Source: Amoebophrya sp. A120
Taxonomy: Eukaryota; Protista; Dinoflagellata
Assembly: GCA_905178155.1 (NCBI GenBank)
Contig: CAJINV010000003.1
Location: forward strand, 4,623,863-4,687,862
DNA length: 64,000 nucleotides
Reading direction: 5' to 3'
Numbering within the stretch: the first letter of the stretch is position 1; each line of letters opens with the position of its first letter. A program made the translations under genes and the position numbers. Under the pieces are notes generated by a model. It did not search any database and had not been told where the DNA came from. It saw only the letters and a list, made by a program, of their open reading frames with translations. Positions 11,127-23,817 of this stretch are shown piece by piece.

Positions 11127-14100
11127 ATGGCAGATAGCACCATCGGAAGCGGGACCGGGGGCGGGCCACCGAGGCCTGACCCATTGGAAATGAGCTTCAC
11201 CCAGCAGGGACTCGGGCCGATCGGGTTGGGCGATACACAAGGCTACTCCGCGAAAGTGTCACCCGGGGAAACATTGAAGACGCTCGACGAGACGGATAAG
11301 GTACTTCTAGCCGAAGATTGTCTCTGCCTTGAGTTTGTACCAATACGTTGTTGAAATGAGTCAAGAACAACAGGTGCGGCACAGGCTGTTGTCCTTCTTG
11401 AAAGTAATTACTCACATGATAATTGATCACTGACACTTATTCATTTTTCAACTCCACCATAGTCGCCAGCGAATCGCGGGACTGTGTTGGCGGTTGCTGC
11501 ATTAGGGAAGCTGGCGCACCGAGCGAAGGAGAATATAGAGGAGCAGCGAATCCACGGGCGGTACAAGGTGAAGCTCTGGCAGTTCCAGGAATTTCTGATG
11601 CAAGAAAAAGGGCTTCGGGTAGCCTGCAGCACACTTCCGTTCACAATTGTCCTGTGGTATCCAGGTGGACAGCGGTAGCGAGCTGAGGTAGGGGGTTGCA
11701 GCGCTATGTCAGCGAAAGCACTGACGAACTTGAAATGACAAAATAAGAAGACCAGTACAGCACAACACGTAAACTCCATTGCGGTCGTGAAAAAACGACC
11801 AAAATTCTTTCCCTACACCATATTCGCTGCACAATTTTCCTTTCCATAACCTGATCGTGTTTTTTTGGCTGAGTTCGGTCCACACGGACGTCCACGCGAG
11901 TTACCAGACCCGACTGGCTATCACCAGCGAATTCAACACGCGAAACGTATCGCGAGTAGCGGTCAGCCAGTTCGGAGAGGATCCAGGGCGCAACTTCCGA
12001 GAATTCAATCTGAAAACGCTAAACGACGCGACGGAGGTGAATTTGTGGCTGAAATTCGTTGCCGCCCCGATTATCAGCCAGGATACCACGGGCGGGATCG
12101 TCTCCTCCTACAACAAGCTCGCCGGCGGAATCCGCATCGTGCAGCGCCGCGCGAAGTCGGCCGAGTGCGACGTCCCCGACGACGTGGCCCAGCACCTGCT
12201 GACGGGCGTGACCTGCCACGCCGCGATTGAAAGCGACGACGATTACTCCACGGGCGTGCCAAAGCTCGCCCCCGACGGCAAAGAGCGCTATGACAAAGCC
12301 TTCATCGGCGGCAGCATGCTGCGAGAGGAGCCCAAGCACCGCTTCGTCGCCTGGCTGATGAGCGACCGAATTCTCTCTGAGAACATGCGCCGGGTAGATA
12401 GCCTGATCAACGGCTTTTGGCTCGACGACGACTCACTGGACGTTGCGGTGCAGGGGGTGTTTTACAACGGAAATACGCAAATGTACTTTTTACTTCCTTG
12501 TTTTGCTTCTTTTTCATTAAGACAAGTCACGGACTGCACGTCGGATGCGAGGATCATGCACATCAATTTTCTTGCTCTTGCATGAGGTGATGATTTGTAT
12601 GATCCTTACCTTACGATGACCTGGTGCTAGCGTCGACCGAGGTCCGAGTTGAAAAAGAACGATGCTTTTTTCAGGTATGCGTTTATGAATCTGGAGATCG
12701 AGTTTACGAAGGCAGGCAACTTGGAGATTGTGAACGACGTGCGGACGGTGAAGAGCGATTTGTACCCGTCCAGCATGGAAGTGCTCCCGGATGCCGTCTT
12801 CTTAATGCTGTTCGTGATTCTGCTCACGCAGGAGATCCGGCAGATCCGCGAGGATAGCCAGGAGGGTTTTTTGAAGGAATACCTGCTGGACTACTGGAAC
12901 TGGCTCGACTGGCTGGTCATCTTCACCTCTGCCGCCATCCTGATCAGCTACTGGTTCACCTACATCTGGCTCCTCAACCTGGAGTCCATGATCAAGGATT
13001 TGGGCACCGCGCCGGCGCAGATCCCGTCCGACGCCATCGATGACAACGTGTACAATGTGGTGCTCTGGGAAAACCTGACCTACCAGGAGAAGGTCCGCGA
13101 CATTATCGACTGGCTCGAGGGCCTGATCGACTTCAAGGTGTGGGCGGACCTCTCGCTCTTCTGGTTCAACATCCTCAACATGCTCCGCTTCTTCAAGGGT
13201 TTCCGCGGCCAGCCACGCATCGCAGTCCTGCTCGAAACCTTCAACAACGCCAGCATCGTAAGTGATCATAGCCTGGTGTTCTAGCTGTAGCTATTTCTCT
13301 ACTTCGACGCACAGTGTAGTTGATAGAGCAGATGAGATCGGCGATGGAATTCAGATTCGATATTGCTTGGCGATGCACCAAAAAAAAATTATCACAGGAC
13401 TTCGCGCATTTCCTGACAATATTCCTGGTGGTTTTTTTGAATTATGCGATCGCCGGTTACGTTTTGTACGGGGTGTACATTTCCGACTTCTCCACATTTT
13501 CCCGGTCCATCGAAGCCTTGTTCGGTACGATGGCTCCTTCTCTGTTTCAATGTTGAAAGAATGAATGTCGAATCATTGTTGAGTACGCCGGATGATGGAA
13601 CACGACGCACTGCGAATGCGAGGTGTGAGCCTGAGCACACCTTGTTTTTAGGTTCTACAGAAAGACTGAACCTGAAATACACACAACCTCCATACAGCAA
13701 TGCTCTTCGGCGAGATGAAGTTCAACGAAATGTACGATATTTCGCCGGGCCTCAGTGTGGTTTTTTTCTGGTCGTTCATGGTCGCGCTGCCTTTCTTGCT
13801 TCTCAACATGCTGCTGTCGCTGGTAATCGAAAATTTTCTCTACGTCAAGAGAGTATGCGGTGATGGAGGAAAAGGCGTCTTCGCGCAGGTATGTTGTCTT
13901 CATCAGTTTTACTCGACCAGTTTTTTCCATGCAGTCAAGATGATCGCGGATGAAGATAAACAAAACAAAATCGAATTTCATTGATTCCGAACAGATGTGG
14001 GAGTACGTTGACAACATGCGATGGCAGTACAGCTACGAGGGCGCAAAAAAGAGTGCACCGATAGACACGCTCTTGGTGAAAACCGTGCTGGCGCAAAATC

Positions 14101-15058
14101 CGGATGACGTCAAGAACGCTATGGCGGTATTTTGGCACCTTCGACTGTGTTTTTCATCGGGCTTCATCAATGATGCCTTTTTCGATTGCAATGACTGATA
14201 GATCAGGCAGAAATTCGCGCGACAGTACGGGTCAGAGCATGGTTGTGTTTGAATTGGATTTGTGCGAACAAAAATATAACGCAGTGTCGCGACCGTGGGT
14301 TATGGGGATTCAAGATCGATCGATACCACAACATCAACAAATCTCTCCTCGCGGAACGCGAAGTCACCGTCGACTATCTCGTAGCAAACGGGTGCGACGA
14401 GTTGAACGCGCATAGGCTCCTGAAGAGATGCCGGGAACAGTTGCTGAGCGAGCGACAAGTCTTCAGCGAATATGAGTACTTGGTGAAGACGCTAGAAAAC
14501 GAATTCACCCGCGTGCAGCTGCGGATGAACCGGGTGAAAGCAACTTTTGTGCAGATGGAGACAGACGCATTGAATCTGCTCGAAGTCGCGTTCGAGAAAA
14601 TGCAGAAGTGTTCGCACTGGCTCCGCTCGATTCGCCTGCAGCAAGACCTGCCCGAGGGTTGGTTTGAGAAGTACGACGCCTCAAGCGACAAGGTTTACTT
14701 CCAGCACGCAGTCACGGGGCGGGTTGTCTGGGCGCTGCCCAAGGACGCACTCAAGCAGAGGAAGGAGAAGCGGACTTTCCGTTCGGTGGTCAAGAGAATA
14801 ACGGCGGGGGCGTTTGCAAAGCGCGGGGACTTGGGAAAAGCGGCGCTGGCGTTACACGACGCGCAGGAGATGGAGGAGGCTCGGGCCCTGGAAGACGAAG
14901 AGAAAATTATGGCGGGCGGATCGCTGAAGCCGAGCGCTCGGTCGCCGGGTAGCCAGGGAGGCGCAAGTCCCGGAGCAGACGGGGGCACAAGCAAAGAGCA
15001 GTCTCCTTCACACGGGGGCGGAGAGCCACCACCGCCGGAGGACGGAGGAGGGACGTGA
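11127..15058 (+). CDS. Polycystin-2 (PKD2/TRPP)-like cation channel with C-terminal WW domain, 8 exons
   Basis: LGGIRIVQRR-like loop, W-L-D motif, YWNWLDW, LRFFKGFRGQPRI, pore ALFAMLFGE; WW domain LPEGW...VYFQHAVTGRVVWALP; GT-AG introns 11301-11462, 12483-12674, 13258-13397, 13525-13697, 13889-13994, 14127-14284. Confidence 0.85.
11658..11853 (+). other. Non-canonical intron, probably a highly decayed introner
   Basis: No AG acceptor near the next exon; TAT...ATA plus 5 nt geometry gives in-frame IVLW|IVFFW; right end reverse complement tatggaaaggaaaattg fits the shared terminus motif; TSD not conserved. Confidence 0.5.
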
Positions 15059-16064
15059 GTATCACACGCTCATTTATAATTTTCTACCCAATTAATATGC
15101 TGAACTCTTTTTCAATCTCACCTTTAGTTCTTGTTCCCAATATTGCTAAAGTACACTGACTGACCTCGTTCTACCCAGGGTCTGCAAATATGGAATTGTC
15201 GTATAATACTCAGATTTCGGTTCGTTTGGTCACGCTCGGTCCTGTGGACCGAGCGCTGGAAGCTGAATTCGTGTAGAACTAGAAACCTAAAGATACTTTG
15301 AAATTTGTCAGGAGGTATCGCGGAAGTGTGCCTCTTGTCGGGGTTTTTTATGTTTCTCTGTGGACCGGCGCAGGCGTCCTCATACTCTTACCTGCTGCTC
15401 GCAATCCGACCACTTTCTGGTGATGTTCGCATGGTGTTTGTTTGCGCATAGATGTCGCTGGTTTGTAAATATCTACAGTGTCGTTCTCGTTCGATCGGTT
15501 CGGTCCTGTCGTTTTTCGTTTTCTCTCTCCAACCGGAAAAAAGTCGTCGGTTGCGCATGGACTGCTCTTCGTACGGAGCATGGTTGTCGTCGCGAGGTAG
15601 CGGCTTCGGTGTCTTCAGCGCTTGTGCTCTTCGTGCTTTTCTCGTGCCTGGTCGTGTTTTTCGGAACCTTCTGCTCGTTCTTCGAGGTTTTCTTTCCGGA
15701 CACTCACATGATGTGTGGCTTCTATTCAGTTCAGTAATTCATGCTGCAGGACTCCTTTACCTTTAATCTACAGCTTCCCCCACCCGGATAGAAGAAGATC
15801 CCCCCACCCTATTGCCAACACACATAGATAATCTTTCACATATCAGCCCGCCCGACCGTCGAGCAGATCGTCTTTTTGCGACCAGCGTAGTGTGATAACA
15901 TTAACATCAGAGAGTGTTAGAAAGAGGACTCTCCTCCTCCTGCATTTCTGATCGAAGCATTTACTTTTCTCAGGTCGGCATCGGAGGAGGATAATACTTT
16001 GCTCCGTCGGGATCATAAATATTTGCTGAAGGTAAAATAAAAGTGGTGCTGCCCCGAAACGCCG

Positions 16065-16922
16065 ATGTATCCTGTGAAACACGTTCCGAACCCGATTGAG
16101 GCCACACCAGTGCCGGGGGCATGGATGGGGAGGACAGCTCGATCCCAATCCGAGCCTCGCAGTTACTGGGCATTTGCTCACGGCTGCGCACACTACGCAT
16201 TTTTTGTGAAGGATGATCGGACGGTTGAGCGGCAGAACCAGCAAGTCGCCCGCATGTTGGCGCAGACTAATAGACAGCGCGAGCGCGACGCTCAAACACT
16301 AAAGCAGTGCTTCTCGTGGGGCCCAAGCAGCGATCAACCCCGGTGGCCAGATAATCGCAATGTCGTGTACAAAACTGACTTGCCGGTGCAAGTTTCATCT
16401 GTGCCGCTGCGGTCACCCAAGGTCCTCTCTCCTCTGGCAGCTGAGGGAGACCTTTCGATGCGGAGAATGCGTGTGTCAAATGAGCCGTTTTCAGTCAGAC
16501 AACCCGCGTTTCCCGGGCCTAGCGAGGGTGCCAGCAGTCCTTCGGGAAGAAACACTTCTAGTCTTGCCAAAAGCCCGGAGCCGCTCTGCAGATATGAGAT
16601 CAACGGGGCGGTGCTTGCGTCGCGGACGAAGCCGGTGCCTCCGCCGGAGCAGGATAAGAACTCGGGGCATTGGGTAACCGAGGTCAATGCAAACACGGGC
16701 GAGTTCAATCCGATGACGAATCTAAATTTAGATCGGCACTTACAACAGTACCGTGACATGCAGAAGCGACAGTTCCGGGCGGGCAGCTCGGCCACAGGAA
16801 TGCCCGCAGCCGGACAAGTGCAGCGGAAGCCGGTGATAACCTGCCACGACATTCAAAGCTTCGTGCCCGTGAGAAAAGAGGAGCGAATGAAAAACTATCA
16901 CTTGATCCAGAGAAATTTGTGA
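16065..16922 (+). CDS. Hypothetical protein (285 aa, Pro/Ser-rich)
   Basis: ATG-start ORF with coding-like composition; no family recognised. Confidence 0.55.
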   Translation: MYPVKHVPNPIEATPVPGAWMGRTARSQSEPRSYWAFAHGCAHYAFFVKDDRTVERQNQQVARMLAQTNRQRERDAQTLKQCFSWGPSSDQPRWPDNRNVVYKTDLPVQVSSVPLRSPKVLSPLAAEGDLSMRRMRVSNEPFSVRQPAFPGPSEGASSPSGRNTSSLAKSPEPLCRYEINGAVLASRTKPVPPPEQDKNSGHWVTEVNANTGEFNPMTNLNLDRHLQQYRDMQKRQFRAGSSATGMPAAGQVQRKPVITCHDIQSFVPVRKEERMKNYHLIQRNL

Positions 16923-17580
16923 ATCATGCGACATTTTCCACCCACTTAGAAGACTAAAACCTGATCCTCAAGCACTAGCAAATCCAAATTCAAACTGCAA
17001 AATAAGCTTCACGCAATCAAGGAAGACGCGGCTAAAGTGCCGCCGTGTTTGTAGGATCGGAGCCGTTTTTCTAAAAGTTGAAGGTGATCTTGTTCGCGAA
17101 CGATATTTCTCGGTATGAGTCGTAGCGATCTGAAACGGACTTCCTATGAAATTGCTGAGGCTAAGAACAGCATTGCCATTGGTGTACTCGTTCACACTGA
17201 AGATCTTGATCTGCTCAAATTCTAAAGATCCTATCTGGTGCCTGTGCCACAAAATCGATCCGTGGATGTGTGGATCTGAAAATCTAAATCCGTGTGGCAG
17301 GCGAACCTCGACGTGGATCTTTGTCTTGTGCGCAAATTCATAAAAAAACAGATCATACTATTGCCGTGACGGATCAGAATGTTTCGTTCCAAATGGAGGC
17401 TGCACAATCTGGTAGTCAATCTGTATCTCGGAAAATCAAAAAGGTGACTATTGATTTAAATTCAAATGACACATTCAATCGTGACCTCATCCTTATTTCG
17501 CAACAGGGAAGAATACTCTAAATTAGAGTATCAGGAGGTAGATTTATCGTCTTTAAGCACCCAACTTTCACCACTTCAAG

Positions 17581-18432
17581 ATGCCGCACTCCTTCGGTAA
17601 GCGCGCTCGCTGCCGCGATAAATTCTCCAAGGCCTTCCGCACGAAGGGTCGCGCCGGTCTCTCCACCTACCTGACCCCGTTCAAGCGCGGTAAGCATGTT
17701 TTTCACGACCTTTGTAAGCGATTCATCTACCAAATATCATCTTTAGACAAACGCATATCATAGGACCTCTACGCTGAGACTGAGAGCCAAGCGGAAGTGT
17801 CATATCTAATACCACAAAAATTCTTCCAAAAATCCTTACCAACAGGTGACTACGTCGACATCAAGTGCGATCCGTCCCAGCAGAAGGGTATGCCGTACCA
17901 GTTCTACCATGGCCGCACGGGTGTCATCTACAACGTTACCAAGTCCGCGGTCGGTGTCGAGCTGACCAAGGTCGTTGGCAACCGCCAGCTCCGCAAGCGC
18001 CTGCACGTGCGCATCGAGCACGTCCGCCGCTCCCGGTGTAACGAAGATTTCCTGAAGCGCGTCAAGGAGACCGACAAAATCAAGGCGGAAGCCAACAAGA
18101 AGGGTACTTTAAGAATAAGATAGCGCTGGTTGCTTTATTATTAAAGGTGGCTAACTGTGCGAGTCTGAGTGTTAAAAGTCTCGTATGTTCCTTCGTTGTG
18201 CTTTGAAATGTTTTTACATGGATTTCATCAAGACGCGCATCAAAGCGAATTGCTCGTTTGGTACTCGTGAAAGTCAATGAAGTTTTGGACGCTCTTTCGA
18301 AAAACTAAAACAGGTGAGAAGATCGTCGTCAAGCGCATGCCGGAATGCCCGAAGCCGAGCGAGATTATTAAGGCCCGCCAGACCGTCACTGAGGTCTTCG
18401 CTCCTCTGGAGTTCGTTGCCAACCACTTCTAA
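17581..18432 (+). CDS. RPL21: 60S ribosomal protein L21 (eL21), 3 exons
   Basis: [15 protein letters not shown]...[26 protein letters not shown]...[11 protein letters not shown]; GT-AG introns 17690-17845 and 18104-18313; strong codon bias. Confidence 0.97.
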
Positions 18433-19147
18433 GTTGGTTGCGGATGATACTGCGGCACGACCCTGGGCGTAGTTGTATTACAAGGAATGTGAGAAAGGTG
18501 TAAGACGAAGGAAATCTGTGAAAAACCTCGCTGTCTTCATGACGTGAACTTTGAGTTGTGGTGCTCCCATCGGGAAAAGAATGTCGTGAATATTGCAGAC
18601 GATGAACCCTCCGAAAAATCTAGCTACGAGCAAGCGCCTGCCTTGCCGCTGCTCCGCAGAATAGTATACGAGGGACGGAAGTGTTCCAGCAGACTGTGAA
18701 ATCGGTTTTGCCACAGTGTTAATGACTCTCTGAACGCCAGGGGACCTCCAGTGGTTTCGGTTCTTCTGTATTGCATTTTTCGGTGAATCAGTATCAGATT
18801 GTCGTAGTCGGATTTTTCCATATGGGGGATGCTAGAACCTCCACGCGCAGCGCGTCATCTCGGTGCGAAGGAAACGAACAGGGTACTATCTATCATGGCT
18901 TCACAAGCTTAGAAGGGTGTTGCTAACAAGCACATTCTCATACGAGGACGGTGGGGTTAGTCTATATATTGCGACAAGTACTCAGTGCGCCACAGGCATC
19001 CGGCATCGTAACCGCTTACCTGTTTAGAAGTAAAAACGCTTTTTTTTCTCTACGGTTTCTGCAGATCACGAGGAGTCATTTTGATTTTGGCTTGATACCG
19101 TATCATTTTTTTCTGCTCCTCACTGTTCGACGAGTGCTCCAAGAAAT

Positions 19148-21961
19148 ATGGGGAACGACACATCGAAAAGCAAGAAGTCTGCAGGCGTACAGGATGGTCC
19201 TGCGACTGTCTGGTGGCGGGAGTTGCCCGCGAAGAAAAGGGGGCGCGCGAGCAGGAGCGTGATCGACGATGAAAGTTCGCGGAGTCACTTCGCAGTCGTG
19301 TACGACGAAACTGATGCTGCACTATTGGCAGATCGGGTACAGTTCGTCTACGACGCCATTTTGTGGGAGCCAAGCGTGCGCAAAATGGTGTTCGCCAGCA
19401 ACAAATCTTCCATCGAGGAAACGTTGCGGGCACTTGCGCAGACCAGGACGCGCAAGGAAGAGGACTGGATGCGCGACTGGTTGGACCCGAGGGATCTCAA
19501 CGACGCTCCCGGGGACGGTGCGACGGGTCAGGCGGCAAGCAGCAAACGGGCGCCGAGTGGTCCGTTGAAGCTTGGCAACAAGATTACGTTCCAGGACATG
19601 GCGGGCACCTCTCACGACATCGAAAATTTTCTGCTCCCGACACAGCTTGGCGAGCTGAAGACCCAGAGGGAGGCTCGGTACAAACAGATCAAAGTGGAAC
19701 AAAAATGGGCGCAGTTCGCGGAGGTGTTATACTCGCAATATCTGGACGGCCAGCGGCTGCGCGCACGGTGGTGCGGAAAGAACCTGCTGCGGAAGAAGCC
19801 CCAGTTTTTAAAGGTGAGCGAGCTTTTGGATCTCCTATACGAGCGTGCGGGATTGGAACCGCGCTACGCCATGATCATGGGACTCCCGGAGGCGCAAGCT
19901 CGGTTGGAACAGTGCCCGGAATACATCCTCGAGAAGGAGAACGGCGGTATTGCAGACAAGGAAAGCGATTTGGAGAGTCACGAGGAGGACAGCAAGGCTT
20001 CTGCGGGTTCGGACGATACTTTTTCGGAGGAGAGCAGCGCGCGTCCTTATATTGAGGAGATCGAGTCCTCTGCGGAAGAAGGGCATAAGCCGGTTCTTGA
20101 AAAGGGCGAGCTCGAGCTCAGCGCTGCAGAGAAGGACATCAAGAAGAAGACCGAAGCAGTAGATGCGAAGGAAGTAACTTCGCCGCCAAAGGAACCGAAG
20201 TCCTTGAGCGAGGAAGTCCGGTTGCACGCGTCGAGGTACGTTTTGATGAATACAGACGACCGATTCAATTCCTGCCGTCTGGTGCTTCGCGGTAAGTCAG
20301 GACCGTTTGAAGTGTTTCTGCGCAAGCAGATTGAGTTGAAACAGGCAAACCCCCGGTTTGTGCGCTTCAAGGCCGACACCGGCGCAATTGCAAGCAAGCG
20401 TCTCGCGGGTCCTCTAGCGGAACTCAGCGTGGAGGTTGACTGGGACCCGGAGACCACGGTCAGTGGTGTCTCGGGAAGCAGTGTGGTACGTATCGAACTC
20501 GTCAGGTTTTTCACCTCTACAAGTTCAGAGCTGCAAGACCGGAAAGAGCCCGAAGTTGCACCGGTCATCAATGGCGACGACGCGGGGGCGGTCGCAACAG
20601 CATCATCTTCCGCGGGCGGAGTCGCGAATGGGGGTGCTGTGAACACCACTCGCTTCTCAGAAACGGCAAAAGCCCCACTAAAAGCAGCACCCGCGGTGTC
20701 CACGTCGCCCACGTCGAGTAAACAGGGTCTTCTGCGCAAGCAGTCCTCGATCTTGGATGTGGTAGAAATGGAATACAAGGTGGTGTCCGCCGCGACTATC
20801 GTTTGGCCAGACACTAGTGCGGAGTTCCAACATGACAGAAGTGAACTGGTGGACCTGGCTCGTCCGGGGGACCGCTTCGTTTTTTCGTGCAAGCAAGGTG
20901 GTATCGCGCCCGTACGTCCTCTGAAGATTCGAACCGTCCGCGCAGGCGTGAGTTACATGCTCACGGAAACCGGAGAGTCGAACCTCGCGACGGTTTTGGC
21001 AACGACGGTGAGCAGTAGCGGGGGCATGGGAGGAGCTAAAATTGTTCCACCGGGTACTTCATCCACCTCGGCTGGCGACGACAAAAATGGCATAGATACG
21101 CCGCCGCGGCGCAAGTGTGCGCGGCCAGGCTGCGGGTATTGCGTGAACCAGAACCCGTACTTTCGGACCCTGAAAACGGCCGAAGGAAGGAGCTATTTCG
21201 AAACGACGACGCCCTCCGGCGCCGCTGCGGAAGCCGAGGATGATGATCCGGGACTCGACCGCTGGAACTACTGCTGCGCCGGCTGCTTCAACGGCGTTGC
21301 CCACGACGCCATGTGCCAGCGGCAGTCGGCGGACGGGATTTCCATCGCACAAAGTACAACCGACGAACAGCGACTCGTGGAGCTCGCGCGCCAACGTGTG
21401 AAGGAGGCCAAATTGTGGCCGGAAAGTGACACGTTCACGGAGAAGTTCAAGCGTCTGCTTCGAAAGGACCCGGAGGAGGCGACGAAAGTGTTGGTGAAAG
21501 ACCTTTGCGAGAGCCAGATGCTGCGGGAAAAGACCCAGCGGGTCCAGCAGCGGACCGTGGATTTGCTGCTCGACGACGGAACGTACCTGGAAGACCTCCG
21601 GAAGGCGAAGAAAGACTGGTCCGACTCCAAGGCGCGGGCGACCACGGCCAGTGCGGGGTCGCAGGGTGAGGTGGAAAGCAAAAAGGAAAAGTGGATGCCC
21701 ATGGCCGCTCGGTTTGGGATCACCGAAGACTCGCCGGACTCGCCCACTCCGGAAGACACCAGCGACACAAGCGAGGCCGTGGAAAGTGATAGTGATACGA
21801 GTGGCGATGACTCCGACGACAGCGGCAACGATGGTGCGGGGGGCGGCGCGGTAGCAGCCGGGCTGAATTTAGGACCCTTTGGCCAGATGAACATGAAAAT
21901 GAATGTGAAAGGACCCGGGGGTGGCCGTCAACAGGGCGGGGATGATTGTGCACAGCAATGA
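19148..21961 (+). CDS. Intronless 937-aa hypothetical protein with N-myristoylation-like start, Cys/His zinc-finger-like module and CaaX end
   Basis: MGNDTS start; CARPGC...NYCCAGC...HDAMC; terminal CAQQ. Confidence 0.75.
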   Translation: MGNDTSKSKKSAGVQDGPATVWWRELPAKKRGRASRSVIDDESSRSHFAVVYDETDAALLADRVQFVYDAILWEPSVRKMVFASNKSSIEETLRALAQTRTRKEEDWMRDWLDPRDLNDAPGDGATGQAASSKRAPSGPLKLGNKITFQDMAGTSHDIENFLLPTQLGELKTQREARYKQIKVEQKWAQFAEVLYSQYLDGQRLRARWCGKNLLRKKPQFLKVSELLDLLYERAGLEPRYAMIMGLPEAQARLEQCPEYILEKENGGIADKESDLESHEEDSKASAGSDDTFSEESSARPYIEEIESSAEEGHKPVLEKGELELSAAEKDIKKKTEAVDAKEVTSPPKEPKSLSEEVRLHASRYVLMNTDDRFNSCRLVLRGKSGPFEVFLRKQIELKQANPRFVRFKADTGAIASKRLAGPLAELSVEVDWDPETTVSGVSGSSVVRIELVRFFTSTSSELQDRKEPEVAPVINGDDAGAVATASSSAGGVANGGAVNTTRFSETAKAPLKAAPAVSTSPTSSKQGLLRKQSSILDVVEMEYKVVSAATIVWPDTSAEFQHDRSELVDLARPGDRFVFSCKQGGIAPVRPLKIRTVRAGVSYMLTETGESNLATVLATTVSSSGGMGGAKIVPPGTSSTSAGDDKNGIDTPPRRKCARPGCGYCVNQNPYFRTLKTAEGRSYFETTTPSGAAAEAEDDDPGLDRWNYCCAGCFNGVAHDAMCQRQSADGISIAQSTTDEQRLVELARQRVKEAKLWPESDTFTEKFKRLLRKDPEEATKVLVKDLCESQMLREKTQRVQQRTVDLLLDDGTYLEDLRKAKKDWSDSKARATTASAGSQGEVESKKEKWMPMAARFGITEDSPDSPTPEDTSDTSEAVESDSDTSGDDSDDSGNDGAGGGAVAAGLNLGPFGQMNMKMNVKGPGGGRQQGGDDCAQQ

Positions 21962-22488
21962 ATTGAATAGGCGGCCAGGCAAAGGAACATGGCTGTTTTT
22001 CCATACTCTCACGTTGATCTGGATTGTGCTCGTGTATTGAAATAGGTGTCGCAGTTGCGCGCATTCATTCTCTTTTTCTCTTTTAATTTTCTTTTTTTTT
22101 TTAGATGTGTATAGTGCTTTTTGTTGTGAGTGTAGTGTCTTTCCTCATGCAACGTTTCAAGATTCGCCCTGCCTGGAGCCACCTTTTGCGAGTGCTAACC
22201 TGTTTTGTTTCCCGAACAGGAGTTGTAGGTGACAAACTGTTTTCAGACGCACATGCCTGTTGCGCGCTGCTCGCCCTGATTTCGTACATACTCGAGAAAT
22301 CGTCGACGAAGGATCAGAAAAAGTGATCTTGCGCCGCCCGTCTGAGTGACGGGCACGTTGTTCATCCTCCTACTTTGATTTGCTTGCTAGATTGAAATAA
22401 CACTAGCAGTGTGTCCGTGGATGAAGAGTTCAACATAGGTTTAGGTGTTTTGTGTGTAAATTACTACCTCCTTGGCGAATGTGCGATT

Positions 22489-23817
22489 ATGGATATCATG
22501 TTTCAAAAACATCATGTCTTCATCGTTTTGACAATTTTGCTTTTTTCTGCATTCGAGTATACAGATGGCAGTCGAGTCTTGCTTCCACCGCTGAAACCCC
22601 GAAGCGCACAGGACACGAACGAGAGCGTCGCGTCAAGGCTGGAAGTTTTCCATGCGCTGTCCGGGACATTGATTCATGCTACGTCGGCTCTGCAGGTGCC
22701 AGTGCGTCGCGATGGCTCGATTTGCTTGGTAGACAAGCAGACCGTCGTGAATATTTTGAGCAGTCGCTACGAACCGCACAACTCAGTGTCCTTTCTCGGT
22801 GATGTGGTTCAGATGCTGCCTTACGGTTCACCAGGGAAGAACGCAAAAGATGTGGGAGCCAATGAGGTCCAGAAGATAGCGCCCTTCGGAATATACTGTC
22901 CTGACAAGGCGTCAGATAAAGTCGGTGCTGACAAAGAGGGCCAGGACCGCTCGCCGACTGGAAGTAGTAGTACGGTGTCGGACGCGGACCAGGACGACAA
23001 TGCAAATAGTAGTACGGTGTCGAGCCGCGAGAGCCGGAATATTAAGAGCGCGGAGGCGGGCTCGCCGCTCTTCCGGGTGAATGTGTTGTTTCGGCGGGAC
23101 TCGATTTTCGTCGCGCACTTGCAAGACTTCAAGATTTTGCTGGAGGGCATGGAGAGACACTACGCGAGAGGGTCTCTTGGGGTCGCTGGCAACGGGGTCT
23201 GTGCTCGCAAGGACGAGAAAGAAGAGGTAGTTAGTATCCCGCCTCCTTTGGGACCTGCGCATTACGAGGAACATAACCCCTTCGTTTGTAGCACGAACGC
23301 CGTTCTGCGTAGCGCGGTGCTGAATTACCATCGGCAGGGACTTGGGGGCATCTTTGCGTCGCTGGTGCGGGGTCTGTTTCGTGTGGCGCACATTTGGAAC
23401 GAGGTGGAGCCGTTCCGCCCGTTCCGGGGAGCTTCGAAGTGGATGGTGGAGACTACATGTTATGGCCCGGATCTGTGGATTGCTAGTCTGGATGGTTTCG
23501 AAGAAAAAGTCCTTCCGAATGCAGAGGTACAGACCGCCTTTGCACTGGCGCGGGGTGCACCCTTCAAAGCCTGGGTCATGGAGAGTGTCGAAACATCGCC
23601 GGAGTTTTTCTGCAGTACGAAGCAAATGTCTTTCCGCTGGCGGGCTGCAGACTCAACCACGTCGGACACTGCACAGCCAGTCAACTGTGAGAAGGCCACG
23701 TATCTGGAGCTCGCTTACACGTATACTCGTGATGGAAAGTACCGCCTCACAAACCTGATATTACGTCTCAGGATTCGAGGCGAGACCGTAATCAAAGCCC
23801 ATCTCTACGTCACCTAG
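22489..23817 (+). CDS. Hypothetical secreted protein
   Basis: Long ORF; signal-peptide-like VFIVLTILLFSAF after Met. Confidence 0.6.
   Translation: MDIMFQKHHVFIVLTILLFSAFEYTDGSRVLLPPLKPRSAQDTNESVASRLEVFHALSGTLIHATSALQVPVRRDGSICLVDKQTVVNILSSRYEPHNSVSFLGDVVQMLPYGSPGKNAKDVGANEVQKIAPFGIYCPDKASDKVGADKEGQDRSPTGSSSTVSDADQDDNANSSTVSSRESRNIKSAEAGSPLFRVNVLFRRDSIFVAHLQDFKILLEGMERHYARGSLGVAGNGVCARKDEKEEVVSIPPPLGPAHYEEHNPFVCSTNAVLRSAVLNYHRQGLGGIFASLVRGLFRVAHIWNEVEPFRPFRGASKWMVETTCYGPDLWIASLDGFEEKVLPNAEVQTAFALARGAPFKAWVMESVETSPEFFCSTKQMSFRWRAADSTTSDTAQPVNCEKATYLELAYTYTRDGKYRLTNLILRLRIRGETVIKAHLYVT

Noticed and set aside
11657-11850. U12-type intron suggested by gtatcc donor and ac end
   Set aside because: The donor lacks the TATCCTT extension, no U12 branch site was seen and the GT...AC cut is out of frame
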